A stretch of DNA of 38,660 nt from Candidatus Dojkabacteria bacterium (GTDB lineage: Bacteria; Patescibacteriota; Dojkabacteria; SC72; JAHDCA01): contig CP129478.1 in the NCBI GenBank assembly GCA_030583845.1, positions 473,175 through 511,834 of the forward strand, given 5' to 3'. The position numbers and the translations under genes are program-made. Each line of letters starts with the position of its first letter. The stretch's first letter is position 1. Below the pieces are notes generated by a model that did not search any database, was not told the origin of the DNA, and saw only the letters and a program-made list of their open reading frames with translations. Below, one piece after another: positions 1 to 7,966 of the stretch.

Positions 1-528
1 GAAGATATAAAGCACTTTAACTCTATCCAATCCGTGAAGTGTCTCATACTTTTTCCATAGGTTTCGAATCGTGAGACCGACAAATATGACTGAGTAGACG
101 AGAAAGATTGCATACAAAAAGCCCGGCTCAAAGTTTGCCCCACCTTCTGGCTTCAACTCGACCGAACTCACATTGTATGAGGTTGGCACTAGAACTAGTA
201 GCGGTATTGAAAATAACAAACTCTTACCAACTTGAGTCCACTTAAACTTCTTCTCTCCATCGGGAAATGCCTTTGAGAACTCGTACATCAAAGGCATGAG
301 AAGAATGGGGCCTATCATGGCTGCTCGAGTCCAAAATAGTACCTGCTGCTCATCCCGCAATATCTCACTCATGAGGTTTGCAAGAATCCAGAAAGAGACC
401 GTGTAAATAATAAGAGCAAACAACTTTGAGATATTGTTCCTACCTACGATCAAGAGGTACATTCCCAGCACAACACTGGTGGCTAACGAAATAAGATAAC
501 CGATATTTGTGGCAGTTAATTCATTCAT
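1..528 (-). CDS. Multi-pass integral membrane protein, N-terminal 176 codons only (gene continues past the left window edge). The layout resembles the 7TM N-terminal module of bacterial sensor proteins.
   Basis: Not in the supplied ORF track because it has no stop in the window. My reverse-complement translation from ATG (528-526) is stop-free to position 1: MNELTATNIGYLISLATSVVLGMYLLIVGRNNISKLFALIIYTVSFWILANLMSEILRDEQQVLFWTRAAMIGPILLMPLMYEFSKAFPDGEKKFKWTQVGKSLLFSIPLLVLVPTSYNVSSVELKPEGGANFEPGFLYAIFLVYSVIFVGLTIRNLWKKYETLHGLDRVKVLYIF. It has about five hydrophobic helices. The start overlaps the upstream stop as ATGA (525-528). Confidence 0.6.
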   Translation of the reverse strand, partial: MNELTATNIGYLISLATSVVLGMYLLIVGRNNISKLFALIIYTVSFWILANLMSEILRDEQQVLFWTRAAMIGPILLMPLMYEFSKAFPDGEKKFKWTQVGKSLLFSIPLLVLVPTSYNVSSVELKPEGGANFEPGFLYAIFLVYSVIFVGLTIRNLWKKYETLHGLDRVKVLYIF

Positions 529-2099
529 CCCTCTTTAACATCGTTATTATGCACATGCTTCATGCAATAATAATGAACGTCGCCTACTTGGGTGTCAATA
601 TGTAAAATCTTACCGAGGGAAAGTAGCGAGGTGTTTCCCATCGCTGCAGATAGATCTCCACCAAACCAGTTGATTCCAAACGTTTTTACAATTGTAATCA
701 ACCACGCGGCATAATCTTGCATTTTTATGGTTCCCTGATAGTCTGGGTGAGTACCAAAAGTAAGGGTGATGGCTACATCACGTCTTTCACCAATCTCACT
801 GTTATTAATTACATAGCCTGGATTCTCAGTGTGCCATACCCCAGCTTTATGTCCAACATCAGAGTTCAGGAAAAGAAAAGATACTACCTTAGGGTTGTTG
901 AGATCACTCTTGTCGATTACAAGATACTTAATCGATTTAGGATCTATCATGATATCGCGCAAAGTCTCTTCATCCATACTCTGATCAGGAACTGACAGCG
1001 TGTCCCTCATCCCAGCGTCAGCGTGAAAGGCTTTACTGTACGCGTCCAAGACTTTCAACTGAAGCTCTTCTGTAAACTCTAAAGGATCGTAAGGCTTTGC
1101 CTCTAGTACAAGATTTAATATGACACCATCTTTCTCCTGCTCTCTTTGCGCCTTAATAAGTCCCTTATTGGCTACACCCTTTACGGCTTCTCTATATCTA
1201 TCGTATTTCCCGCTATTCAGAACAAGTTTTAAGTTTCGAGCACCATTAATAAGATCCAGTTGTCCAATGTTCAGATAGAAGTAGTGTTGTATTGACAGTA
1301 CATCTGTGCTTGTATCTCCCGCTATTTCTACCGCAAGACGATCATCAAGTGTATTAGGTCGCATAATTTGAGAAAGGCTATACTCGCATCCAAGCAGGTA
1401 GTCACCATCGAACTGTTTACCTATTCGTTCTTGTACATCCTTCAGATTTACCTCTCCATTGTTACCGCCTTCAAGACCCACAATATATGCCAACTTCCCG
1501 TCATAAAGTAGCTGTGCCTTTTCGGGGAAACTGCTCTCGTTACGAAAGATTAGTTCACCAGGACGAAACACCTCCCCACCTGAAGCACCTACTAACCCAT
1601 CAACAATCTTGTTTAATCGAGCATGCTTTGCGCCAATGCCTTTTAATTTCGGTGCTAAGACGGTAATGGCGGCAGACCCAAAATAGTAAGGGCTCCTTAG
1701 CTTCTTGACGAGTCTATTATCAGTTTGTGTGAGTCCTTGATATATATTTGAAGGACCATCACTGATCTGATCTAAACCTAGTGCTCTTTTCGAGAGCCAT
1801 GACACGGTCGAAATACTACTTAACGTCGATTGTACCTCCTCGCTATCCGCCCCGAAGTTTACGTAGTAAACTTTGGCACCGTTCTGTAACTCCACGTAGC
1901 ATAACGGTGTGTTTATACCTTCGCCAGATTCGTGAGCACTCTGTCTAATATACCCCCAATCACTCTCACTTAATGTAGATAAGTGAGCATTATTTCCTTC
2001 CTTCACATCGATTACTCTTTTCGATCTCTCACTTGATTGGACCGATTCCCCCATCTGTTGTCCAACCGTACCAGGTGTTGTAATGTTGTATGTAGTCAT
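525..2099 (-). CDS. Hypothetical soluble protein (524 aa); no family recognised by eye
   Basis: Long ORF in the track with no hydrophobic segments. Its TGA stop (527-525) overlaps the ATG (528-526) of the downstream membrane-protein gene, which suggests an operon with translational coupling. Confidence 0.75.
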   Translation of the reverse strand: MTTYNITTPGTVGQQMGESVQSSERSKRVIDVKEGNNAHLSTLSESDWGYIRQSAHESGEGINTPLCYVELQNGAKVYYVNFGADSEEVQSTLSSISTVSWLSKRALGLDQISDGPSNIYQGLTQTDNRLVKKLRSPYYFGSAAITVLAPKLKGIGAKHARLNKIVDGLVGASGGEVFRPGELIFRNESSFPEKAQLLYDGKLAYIVGLEGGNNGEVNLKDVQERIGKQFDGDYLLGCEYSLSQIMRPNTLDDRLAVEIAGDTSTDVLSIQHYFYLNIGQLDLINGARNLKLVLNSGKYDRYREAVKGVANKGLIKAQREQEKDGVILNLVLEAKPYDPLEFTEELQLKVLDAYSKAFHADAGMRDTLSVPDQSMDEETLRDIMIDPKSIKYLVIDKSDLNNPKVVSFLFLNSDVGHKAGVWHTENPGYVINNSEIGERRDVAITLTFGTHPDYQGTIKMQDYAAWLITIVKTFGINWFGGDLSAAMGNTSLLSLGKILHIDTQVGDVHYYCMKHVHNNDVKEG

Positions 2100-2149
2100 T
2101 ATAGTGTTGACAAGGTTAACTCATTTAACTACTATAGGGCAGAAGGTAT

Positions 2150-2226
2150 GGGTCTCTAGCTCAATTGTTTGGGAGAGCATCGGATCCTTTATCCGAAGGT
2201 TCTAGGTTCGAATCCTAGGGGGCCCA
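2150..2226 (+). tRNA. tRNA-Lys(CUU)-like gene with a non-canonical anticodon loop
   Basis: Manual cloverleaf: acceptor GGGTCTC/GGGGCCC (two G-U pairs), D arm GCTC-AATTGTTTGGGA-GAGC, anticodon arm TCGGA-TCCTTTA-TCCGA, variable AGGTT, T arm CTAGG-TTCGAAT-CCTAG, discriminator A, no encoded CCA. Loop positions 34-36 read CTT. Position 33 is C and position 37 is T, instead of the usual U33 and purine 37. Confidence 0.7.
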
Positions 2227-2247
2227 CATTAATATGGTACCATATTT

Positions 2248-3759
2248 TTGATGGCAAATAAAAAGACACCAAAGCCAGGTCGTTTGGTGTACCGAAACCA
2301 GGGGTTATATATACTCAACTTTTCAGGGTTAGACTCCTCGATCCAACAGGCTGTTTTGAATTTGATTTCCAGTTGCGAATTAGAATATGTAGAAGAAGAT
2401 GGGTTCACCACTTTGATTCTTAAAGGCATACCTTGGGATAAATATCCTGAGATCGCCAGGAAGATCTCGAAACCAATTGAACTACAAGATGTGCGCCCGA
2501 TAAGAAATTACCTTTACGACGAGCCCATCGAATTTTCTGAAGTAGAAAAAGTTACTTCAGACTTCTGCGATTTCTTAGAGAATAATAGAGAAGAGATTGC
2601 ATCTGCCCTTCAAGGATTCGAGACTTACAACGTCGTGCTAGATGAGATAGCAAGATCAGTAGACCACCTTAGAAACATCTCCAAAAACAGAGAGTACTTC
2701 AAAAAGAAGGTCTACAAAACAGTATCATTCTTACCCCTAAATCAGCCACTTTACGCCTTTGTTTGCTTTGGTGTAATTCCATCACTTATGTCGGAGCTTT
2801 CCTTTGTGAGGCCTCCGGAAATTGTCCAGCCACATTTTGTGAAGCTCGCAAACACATTAAATATACAAGAGTTCTTCCCTAACATTACTGTACATCTTGG
2901 TGACAGACCAAGCTATCGAGAGCTAACAAAAGGCGATATCGATGTCGTGATTTTTACCGGAAGACCGGAGAATGCCAAACGGATTTACTCTGAGTACGAG
3001 TGTAAGTTATTTATCTTCAACGGGTCAGGTCATAACCCGATTGTCGTCAGTGAGAGTGCTGACGTTAAAAAGGCGACTGAAAGTATATTGAGAGTTTGCT
3101 TACAAAACCAAGGGCAAGATTGCGCAGCTCCTAACTCAATACTAGTACACAAAGAGAAGCTGAACGAACTAAAGAATGAGTTAATGCCAAAGCTTGATGA
3201 GATTGAAATGCTCGTCGGCGATTATAAAGATAGGAAGAATATTCTTGGTCCAAATAGCAATCCTAGCAGGCTGCTTGAGATCTTCGAGTTACTTTATAGA
3301 GACAAGGACTATTGTATACGTGGCGGGGAGGTAAATATTATTACGAATATAATCAAGCCAACAGTATTTGAGAAGCGACTTGAGTTGGGTGGGAATTTCG
3401 ACGAGTTTTATGCCCCTGTGATAATGCTGCAGCCTTACGAATCAGACGCTGATCTTCAGCTATACTTCGAAGATCAGCAATATTATCCCAACGCTATGTA
3501 TGTAACAGTCTTTGGAGAAAGTAAGTACGTCAACGAACTAGCCAATAAGGAGATACACAACAAGGAAAACATCTTACACAATACTGATCTGCACGTTGTT
3601 GAGCGCGGCTTCTTGCCATACGGTGGCCTTGGTCCAAATGCATCGTGCGTGTATTTCAACGATCAAAAGATACCTGGTGCTACACTTCCGCAAAGAGACA
3701 TTTACAACTACCTAATTAACGAGGATTTTGTCCCTGCAAAAGGGATACCTATTGATTAA
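2248..3759 (+). CDS. Aldehyde dehydrogenase superfamily protein (divergent; possibly a reductase/CoA-acylating-like branch)
   Basis: 503-aa ORF. QNQGQDCAAPNSILV fits the ALDH catalytic-Cys signature (G-Q-x-C-x-A). It is preceded by FNGSGHNPIVV at the position of the ELGGKxP motif. The true start may lie downstream of 2248. Confidence 0.75.
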   Translation: MMANKKTPKPGRLVYRNQGLYILNFSGLDSSIQQAVLNLISSCELEYVEEDGFTTLILKGIPWDKYPEIARKISKPIELQDVRPIRNYLYDEPIEFSEVEKVTSDFCDFLENNREEIASALQGFETYNVVLDEIARSVDHLRNISKNREYFKKKVYKTVSFLPLNQPLYAFVCFGVIPSLMSELSFVRPPEIVQPHFVKLANTLNIQEFFPNITVHLGDRPSYRELTKGDIDVVIFTGRPENAKRIYSEYECKLFIFNGSGHNPIVVSESADVKKATESILRVCLQNQGQDCAAPNSILVHKEKLNELKNELMPKLDEIEMLVGDYKDRKNILGPNSNPSRLLEIFELLYRDKDYCIRGGEVNIITNIIKPTVFEKRLELGGNFDEFYAPVIMLQPYESDADLQLYFEDQQYYPNAMYVTVFGESKYVNELANKEIHNKENILHNTDLHVVERGFLPYGGLGPNASCVYFNDQKIPGATLPQRDIYNYLINEDFVPAKGIPID

Positions 3760-3805
3760 CTGCTGGGGTGATATTCTCTCAAGGGACTCTCTATAAAAAT
3801 TTTTA

Positions 3806-3871
3806 CCCCGCACACTTTCTCATCTCTCTTTTTTTGGATTTCTCCTTGAAGGAGATAAGAGTTGTGCGGGG
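3806..3871 (-). terminator. Long hairpin; candidate terminator for a minus-strand transcript
   Basis: CCCCGCACA (3806-3814) pairs with TGTGCGGGG (3863-3871), with further internal pairing (TCTCC..GGAGA). On the minus strand it is followed by TAAAAATTTTTAT. It begins 8 nt after the stop of the 49-codon ORF. On the plus strand there is no T-run after it. Confidence 0.3.
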
Positions 3872-3879
3872 TGGGGCTG

Positions 3880-4029
3880 TCATCGGCCAAGTCCGTAGGG
3901 ACCTGGGCCAATGACGGACCCTGTGGCTAGCTGCATGTGCTGCAGCAAAACCAACAGGGCAAACGCCCCTAAAATGGCTAACGCCAAAACTGCAGGCGTT
4001 AGCCAAATGTAAATTTTAAACTTTAACAT
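3880..4029 (-). CDS. Candidate small hydrophobic protein (49 aa), or a non-coding structured RNA that happens to be open
   Basis: Below the ORF-track size cutoff. My translation is MLKFKIYIWLTPAVLALAILGAFALLVLLQHMQLATGSVIGPGPYGLGR*, with ATG at 4029-4027 and TGA at 3882-3880. It has a basic N-terminus followed by one TM-length hydrophobic stretch. A purine-rich AAGGGGG lies about 11 nt upstream. The coding status is uncertain because the same bases form very strong hairpins. Confidence 0.3.
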   Translation of the reverse strand: MLKFKIYIWLTPAVLALAILGAFALLVLLQHMQLATGSVIGPGPYGLGR

Positions 4030-4573
4030 TTTTGGGCGACCCCCTTGGCGCCCCATAATTTTTCAATTCCTCTAAGATTTGGGAATTGAATAATTACTCG
4101 GACGCCCGATTGCACACCAAAAATAAAAAGAAATTCATTAAACCTTCGCTTGGCACGGTTTGTGCAAACTTGGTTCAAATGAGCTCAGATGTAAAGAGCT
4201 AATGAGTAATTATACCCTATAATACCCATCAGATCAAGCGCATATCGCCGTCATTTGAATCCTCAAACTTCTCTTATCGTAGTAATTATTAATACAGAGG
4301 CAGGATTCGCATCGACCATAAACGCCGACATGATATTACTTTTGAGCCAAGTGCCCTTGGAAACGCTATCGAAATCCATGCGTACGCGACTTGGCCGGAT
4401 ACAGCGTCACCTCTGACAACCACCGGCGACACCCACTGTCGCATAGTCATTTGCTCAAACAGATCACCAAACGCCAACATGACCAAAATCTTAAGGAGCA
4501 GTACACATTTCTCTTTTTGGCGCTATAATACTGTACCCGAAAGAATACAGTCATAACTTATTGACCCGCCAAC

Positions 4574-5491
4574 ATGGAGCCATTAGACCAAAAAGCCTAC
4601 TCAATGCTGAAAACCCTTCAGCCCCAAGTAGAAGATGTCTTAAACACTTTTCTTGCCAAGCAGATCGCTGAAGCAGAGGATAAATATACACCTCACTCGA
4701 AACTCTCCATCGAAGCTCTCCATGACATATCTGTGCGGGGTGGTAAGCGACTTCGGGCAGCCTTTGTGCATTACGCATATCAGATGCTCGCAGGTACAGA
4801 TACATCTCACTCCTTGGAGCTGGCAGCAATCATTGAGCTTATCCATGCCTATCTATTAGTAGAAGATGATTTTATGGATGTCTCAGCAACTAGAAGGGGA
4901 GGACCAACTGCACACGAGATTATTAAAAAGTATCATGTAGATGCGAGATTAAAACATGACTCAACCCACTTCGGCAATGCGATTGCAGTGACAGCAGGCA
5001 TTATGGGCTCGCACATGGCAATGCAATGGTTGAGCGAGCTGAATGTTGCTCCTGAGACTCGAGTTGCTCTTGCTCAGAACCTGAATCGAATGCTTGTGGT
5101 TACTTCGCAAGGGCAGATCAATGATGTTTTCAATGAGAGCCTCCATCAGGTTACAGAGAAAGATGTCATAAATGTGTTACTTTGGAAAACTTCCGCATAT
5201 ACTTACGAGAACCCACTTCATTCAGGCGCAATTCTTGCAGGGGCAAGTCTAAAAGAACTCGATACTCTGTCGGAGTACTCCTACTGGGGTGGCATAGCCT
5301 TTCAGATTAAAGACGATATTTTGGGAACATTTGGAGAGGTTGATGAGACCGGCAAATCAAACATGGATGATATACGAGAAGGCAAGATGACTCTGCTTTC
5401 GGTTAAAGCACTTGAGATGGCTAACTCTGCGGAGCAGAAGAGTCCTTCAAGAGGCAATCGGAAATCGGATACTTACAGAAGATATGCATAA
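4574..5491 (+). CDS. Polyprenyl (geranylgeranyl/farnesyl-type) diphosphate synthase, main part. The reading frame is broken near 5441.
   Basis: First Asp-rich motif LLVEDDFMDVSATRRG and second Asp-rich motif FQIKDDILGTFG, plus GKSNMDDIREGKMTLL. The last ~17 residues (SPSRGNRKSDTYRRYA) look out of frame. Confidence 0.85.
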   Translation: MEPLDQKAYSMLKTLQPQVEDVLNTFLAKQIAEAEDKYTPHSKLSIEALHDISVRGGKRLRAAFVHYAYQMLAGTDTSHSLELAAIIELIHAYLLVEDDFMDVSATRRGGPTAHEIIKKYHVDARLKHDSTHFGNAIAVTAGIMGSHMAMQWLSELNVAPETRVALAQNLNRMLVVTSQGQINDVFNESLHQVTEKDVINVLLWKTSAYTYENPLHSGAILAGASLKELDTLSEYSYWGGIAFQIKDDILGTFGEVDETGKSNMDDIREGKMTLLSVKALEMANSAEQKSPSRGNRKSDTYRRYA

Positions 5492-5669
5492 AGAGGTTAA
5501 AGAAATTATGTTAAGGACAGGGGCAAAAGAATACACTGAACAGGTTGCACGCGATTATACAGAGAAGGCAAAAATGGCTCTTGAGAAAGGCAAAGGTGGT
5601 CATTGGGATGAGAAATACTTCAATTTCCTACTTGGTATTTGCGAGTTTGTTATAAATAGAAATAAATAG
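5412..5669 (+). CDS. C-terminal part of the same polyprenyl synthase in the +1 frame (frameshift fragment)
   Basis: From codon 5442 the frame reads VLQEAIGNRILTEDMHKEVKEIMLRTGAKEYTEQVARDYTEKAKMALEK... This is the expected C-terminal helical region of trans-prenyltransferases. Skipping the single base 5441 joins ...ANSAEQK to VLQEAIG... Confidence 0.7.
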   Translation: MRWLTLRSRRVLQEAIGNRILTEDMHKEVKEIMLRTGAKEYTEQVARDYTEKAKMALEKGKGGHWDEKYFNFLLGICEFVINRNK

Positions 5670-5747
5670 CGGCTCTACTCAAATAATACTCCTATCTAGT
5701 CTTAAGAAGTGCCTTCTGTCTGGCATTAATACCTCCTGCAATAAAAG

Positions 5748-5779
5748 TTATCCACACTCAACTAGAGATCTAATATAAT
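5748..5779 (+). promoter_or_regulatory. Perfect DnaA box overlapping a putative dnaA promoter
   Basis: TTATCCACA lies at 5748-5756. TCCACA (5751-5756), a 17-nt spacer and TATAAT (5774-5779) form a sigma70-like promoter about 115 nt upstream of the dnaA ATG. Confidence 0.4.
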
Positions 5780-5894
5780 CGGCAGATCTATTCCAACTTT
5801 CGACCATCTAGATACGAGTAGCGGGATCCTACAAACCAATTTCATACACGCCCCACACTATAAGCGATATTAAATCTATTTAATTAAATCTGGC

Positions 5895-7529
5895 ATGGAT
5901 AGAGTAGACCTAAAGGCACATATCAGCAATCTCGTGGATGAGCCAACTACAACTGGCAGCACCAGCCCTATGTCCGACAAGCTTTCTCCGCAAGCTCCAA
6001 TTGCCCAAGACGCCCAGCAAACTACTCAACAAAATTCAGACAACTATTCAGTGAATGATATCCAGGTAGCTGCCTCTCCACTCACCGAGGTAGATCAGAT
6101 CTGGAAGATCGTCTATGAGATGATCAAGATGCACAACTCTGAGCGCACAATGAGCCTCTGGTACCGAGATGCCTACCTCGAGAGAATCGAGAATGGGGTA
6201 GCATACCTCTCTGTAAGTAACGCAATCCAGAAAGATTGGATCCAGGACAACAACCGCAACTTAGTCTGCAATAAGATCGAGTCGGTAATAGGCTATAAGC
6301 CGGAATTAATGATAAATGTCCGCAAGTCGGTCAAACGCGAGGAAGGGGAGGGGAGACAGTATGAGTATTTTGACCCAACCCAAAGCGGCAATTCAGGAGA
6401 CCAGACCAATATCTTTAGCGGCCAAGCTCAGAGCGTGCCTCGTGATAGCCAGTCAATTGGCCAACCACTCCAAAGCGCTCCTCAGCAGCCGGCCGCACAG
6501 ATTTACAACAACAATCTAAATCCGAAATACACGCTAGAGAACTTCGTAGTTGGTAGCAGCAACCAGCTCGCCCACGCAGTCGCAGAGGGAGTGGTCTCCA
6601 ATCTTGGTGCAAGCTATAACCCTCTTTTCTATTACGGGCCGAGTGGAGTAGGGAAGACCCACCTGATGCAAGCTATTGGAAACCATGTGCTCGCCCAAAA
6701 CCCAAATCTGAAAATACTATATGTATCGATCGAGACTTTCATGAATGAGATGATCGAGGCAATCCGTACCCGCAAAAATGAAGAGTTCCGCCAGAAATAC
6801 CGCCCAGTCGACGTGCTAATCATCGACGACATCCAATTCATTAGCACCTATAAGAAGACACAGGAAGAGCTTTTTAATACTTTTAACACTCTATATCAGA
6901 ATAATAAACAGATCGTGATTGCCTCCGACCGCCCACCGAAAGAAATCGACAACCTTCCTGATAGATTGCGTACGAGATTCGAAGGGGGGATGGTGGTGGA
7001 TATTCAGCCGCCCGATTACGAGACCCGCGTAGCTATGCTGAGGCAGCAAGTCGAGATGTCAGGAATTCCGATTCGCGATGAGGTACTGAGCTTTATTGCA
7101 CACAACATTGAAAATAGCGTTCGAGAGCTAGAAGGAGCGATTAACAAAGTCATCACGAAGAAACGGTATACCGGAATTGAGCCTACAGATGAGGAGGTTG
7201 CCAAGATGCTCCAGGTTGATGTCGACTCTAAGCGCAAACGAATCAAGCCCAATATGGTGATCGACTCTGTATGCAATGTCTTCGATATATCTGTGCGCGA
7301 GCTTAAAGGTAAGCGTCGAACCGCATATATTGCACTCGCACGACAGACAGCAATGTACCTGCTGCGAGAAGAGCTCGAGCTCCCATTGGAAAAGATTGCA
7401 CACGAGCTTAATCGTAAAGACCATACGACAGTGCTGCACGCATGCGACAAAGTTAAAGAGTTAATGGAGAGTGACAGTCGATACAAGGAGAAAGTCGATA
7501 GGTGTAAGGCTTTATTGGGCCCAAAATAG
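5895..7529 (+). CDS. dnaA: Chromosomal replication initiator protein DnaA
   Basis: Walker A GPSGVGKTHL, Walker B VLIIDDIQF, sensor region, and C-terminal DNA-binding signature LNRKDHTTVLHACDKV. A long Q/S-rich linker follows the N-terminal domain. Confidence 0.95.
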   Translation: MDRVDLKAHISNLVDEPTTTGSTSPMSDKLSPQAPIAQDAQQTTQQNSDNYSVNDIQVAASPLTEVDQIWKIVYEMIKMHNSERTMSLWYRDAYLERIENGVAYLSVSNAIQKDWIQDNNRNLVCNKIESVIGYKPELMINVRKSVKREEGEGRQYEYFDPTQSGNSGDQTNIFSGQAQSVPRDSQSIGQPLQSAPQQPAAQIYNNNLNPKYTLENFVVGSSNQLAHAVAEGVVSNLGASYNPLFYYGPSGVGKTHLMQAIGNHVLAQNPNLKILYVSIETFMNEMIEAIRTRKNEEFRQKYRPVDVLIIDDIQFISTYKKTQEELFNTFNTLYQNNKQIVIASDRPPKEIDNLPDRLRTRFEGGMVVDIQPPDYETRVAMLRQQVEMSGIPIRDEVLSFIAHNIENSVRELEGAINKVITKKRYTGIEPTDEEVAKMLQVDVDSKRKRIKPNMVIDSVCNVFDISVRELKGKRRTAYIALARQTAMYLLREELELPLEKIAHELNRKDHTTVLHACDKVKELMESDSRYKEKVDRCKALLGPK

Positions 7530-7966
7530 AATTTCCCTTTGAGAATGATTTAAATGCGACGCTCGCGGTTGTGGATAACCGGTGGATAGTTAGGGTATAT
7601 CTCAGAATAAGTTGGATACTTTTACACAAGCAAAAAGCCTTTAGCTCTGCGGAGGTGTGCTATATATCCTGATGTAAAGGGATTTGTATGAGGCAAGATT
7701 ATCAACGGAGTAGGGTAGGTTGTTGGTCACTTATTCCAATTTATTATGCACATTAATATTTCATTAAAAAGGCTTTAGGCTTCGAGGGTTTTAATGAATT
7801 TCATGAAAATTTAATGAAAAAGTTGTCAACACGGTTGTGAAGAAGAGAAAGTCGGGTGGGGCGGGATTAAATGAGAACTCGCGGTGGAATTATCCAAACT
7901 GTCTACATTACTACTTAATACTGCTACTAAATATTTAAATCTAAAAAATAATATTAAGAAGGGTAT
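7530..7966. other. Predicted chromosomal origin (oriC): DnaA-box cluster plus an AT-rich unwinding region
   Basis: A perfect box TGTGGATAA lies at 7570-7578. Near-boxes are GGTGGATAG (7581-7589), TTATCAACG (7699-7707), TTGTCAACA (7823-7831) and TTATCCAAA (7890-7898). There is an AT-rich stretch at ~7741-7820. The location between dnaA and dnaN is canonical. Confidence 0.6.

Noticed and set aside
717-2429. Track ORFs 717..995 (+) and 2229..2429 (-)
   Set aside because: The first lies entirely antisense to the 524-aa ORF. The second overlaps the 3' end of the tRNA and the 5' end of the ALDH-like gene. Neither has a recognisable product.
3860-4170. Possible housekeeping RNA (RNase P RNA, tmRNA or SRP/4.5S RNA) in the structured intergenic block
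   Set aside because: RNase P: the plus strand has AAGTCCGTAGGG and CAACAGGGCAAACGCC, reminiscent of E. coli M1 RNA. But the AAGTCCG segment is locked in a 16-bp local hairpin. No matching P4 3' strand (ACAGAA..CGGCUU) is present, and no GGTAAGAGC/GGGTGAAA-type conserved regions are present.
tmRNA: GGGGCTG and a GCAAAC.. resume-like codon exist. But there is no T-arm/ACCA 3' end complementary to the 5' end on either strand, and the tag would not end in the usual Ala-Ala.
SRP: the minus-strand 102-nt segment shares CUGUUGGUU, CCAGGUC and GAUGAC with E. coli 4.5S as I remember it. But it folds as a three-way junction with perfect stems and lacks the GNRA tetraloop and the internal loops of helix 8.
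3884-4397. 10-nt inverted repeat CGGCCAAGTC (3884-3893) / GACTTGGCCG (4388-4397) as a long-range closing helix. The related 9-mer GCGACTTGG also occurs in the 18001-18031 hairpin.
   Set aside because: A rough expectation for a 10-nt inverted match among all position pairs in ~800 bp is about 0.3. A 9-mer recurring in 38 kb is also unremarkable. This is not significant on its own.
3803-4486. Track ORFs 3803..4006 (-) 67 aa and 4289..4486 (-) 65 aa
   Set aside because: Their Ala/Arg/His/Pro/Trp-rich composition is typical of random frames through GC-rich structured DNA. They have no ribosome-binding context and no recognisable family. The first is out of frame with the better 49-codon candidate.
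6316-7486. Antisense or overlapping ORFs inside dnaA (6316..6519, 6415..6612, 6632..6847, 7016..7486, 7128..7439, 7276..7464)
   Set aside because: These are shadow ORFs within a confidently identified conserved gene. Their composition is low-complexity, Ser/Leu/Arg-rich.
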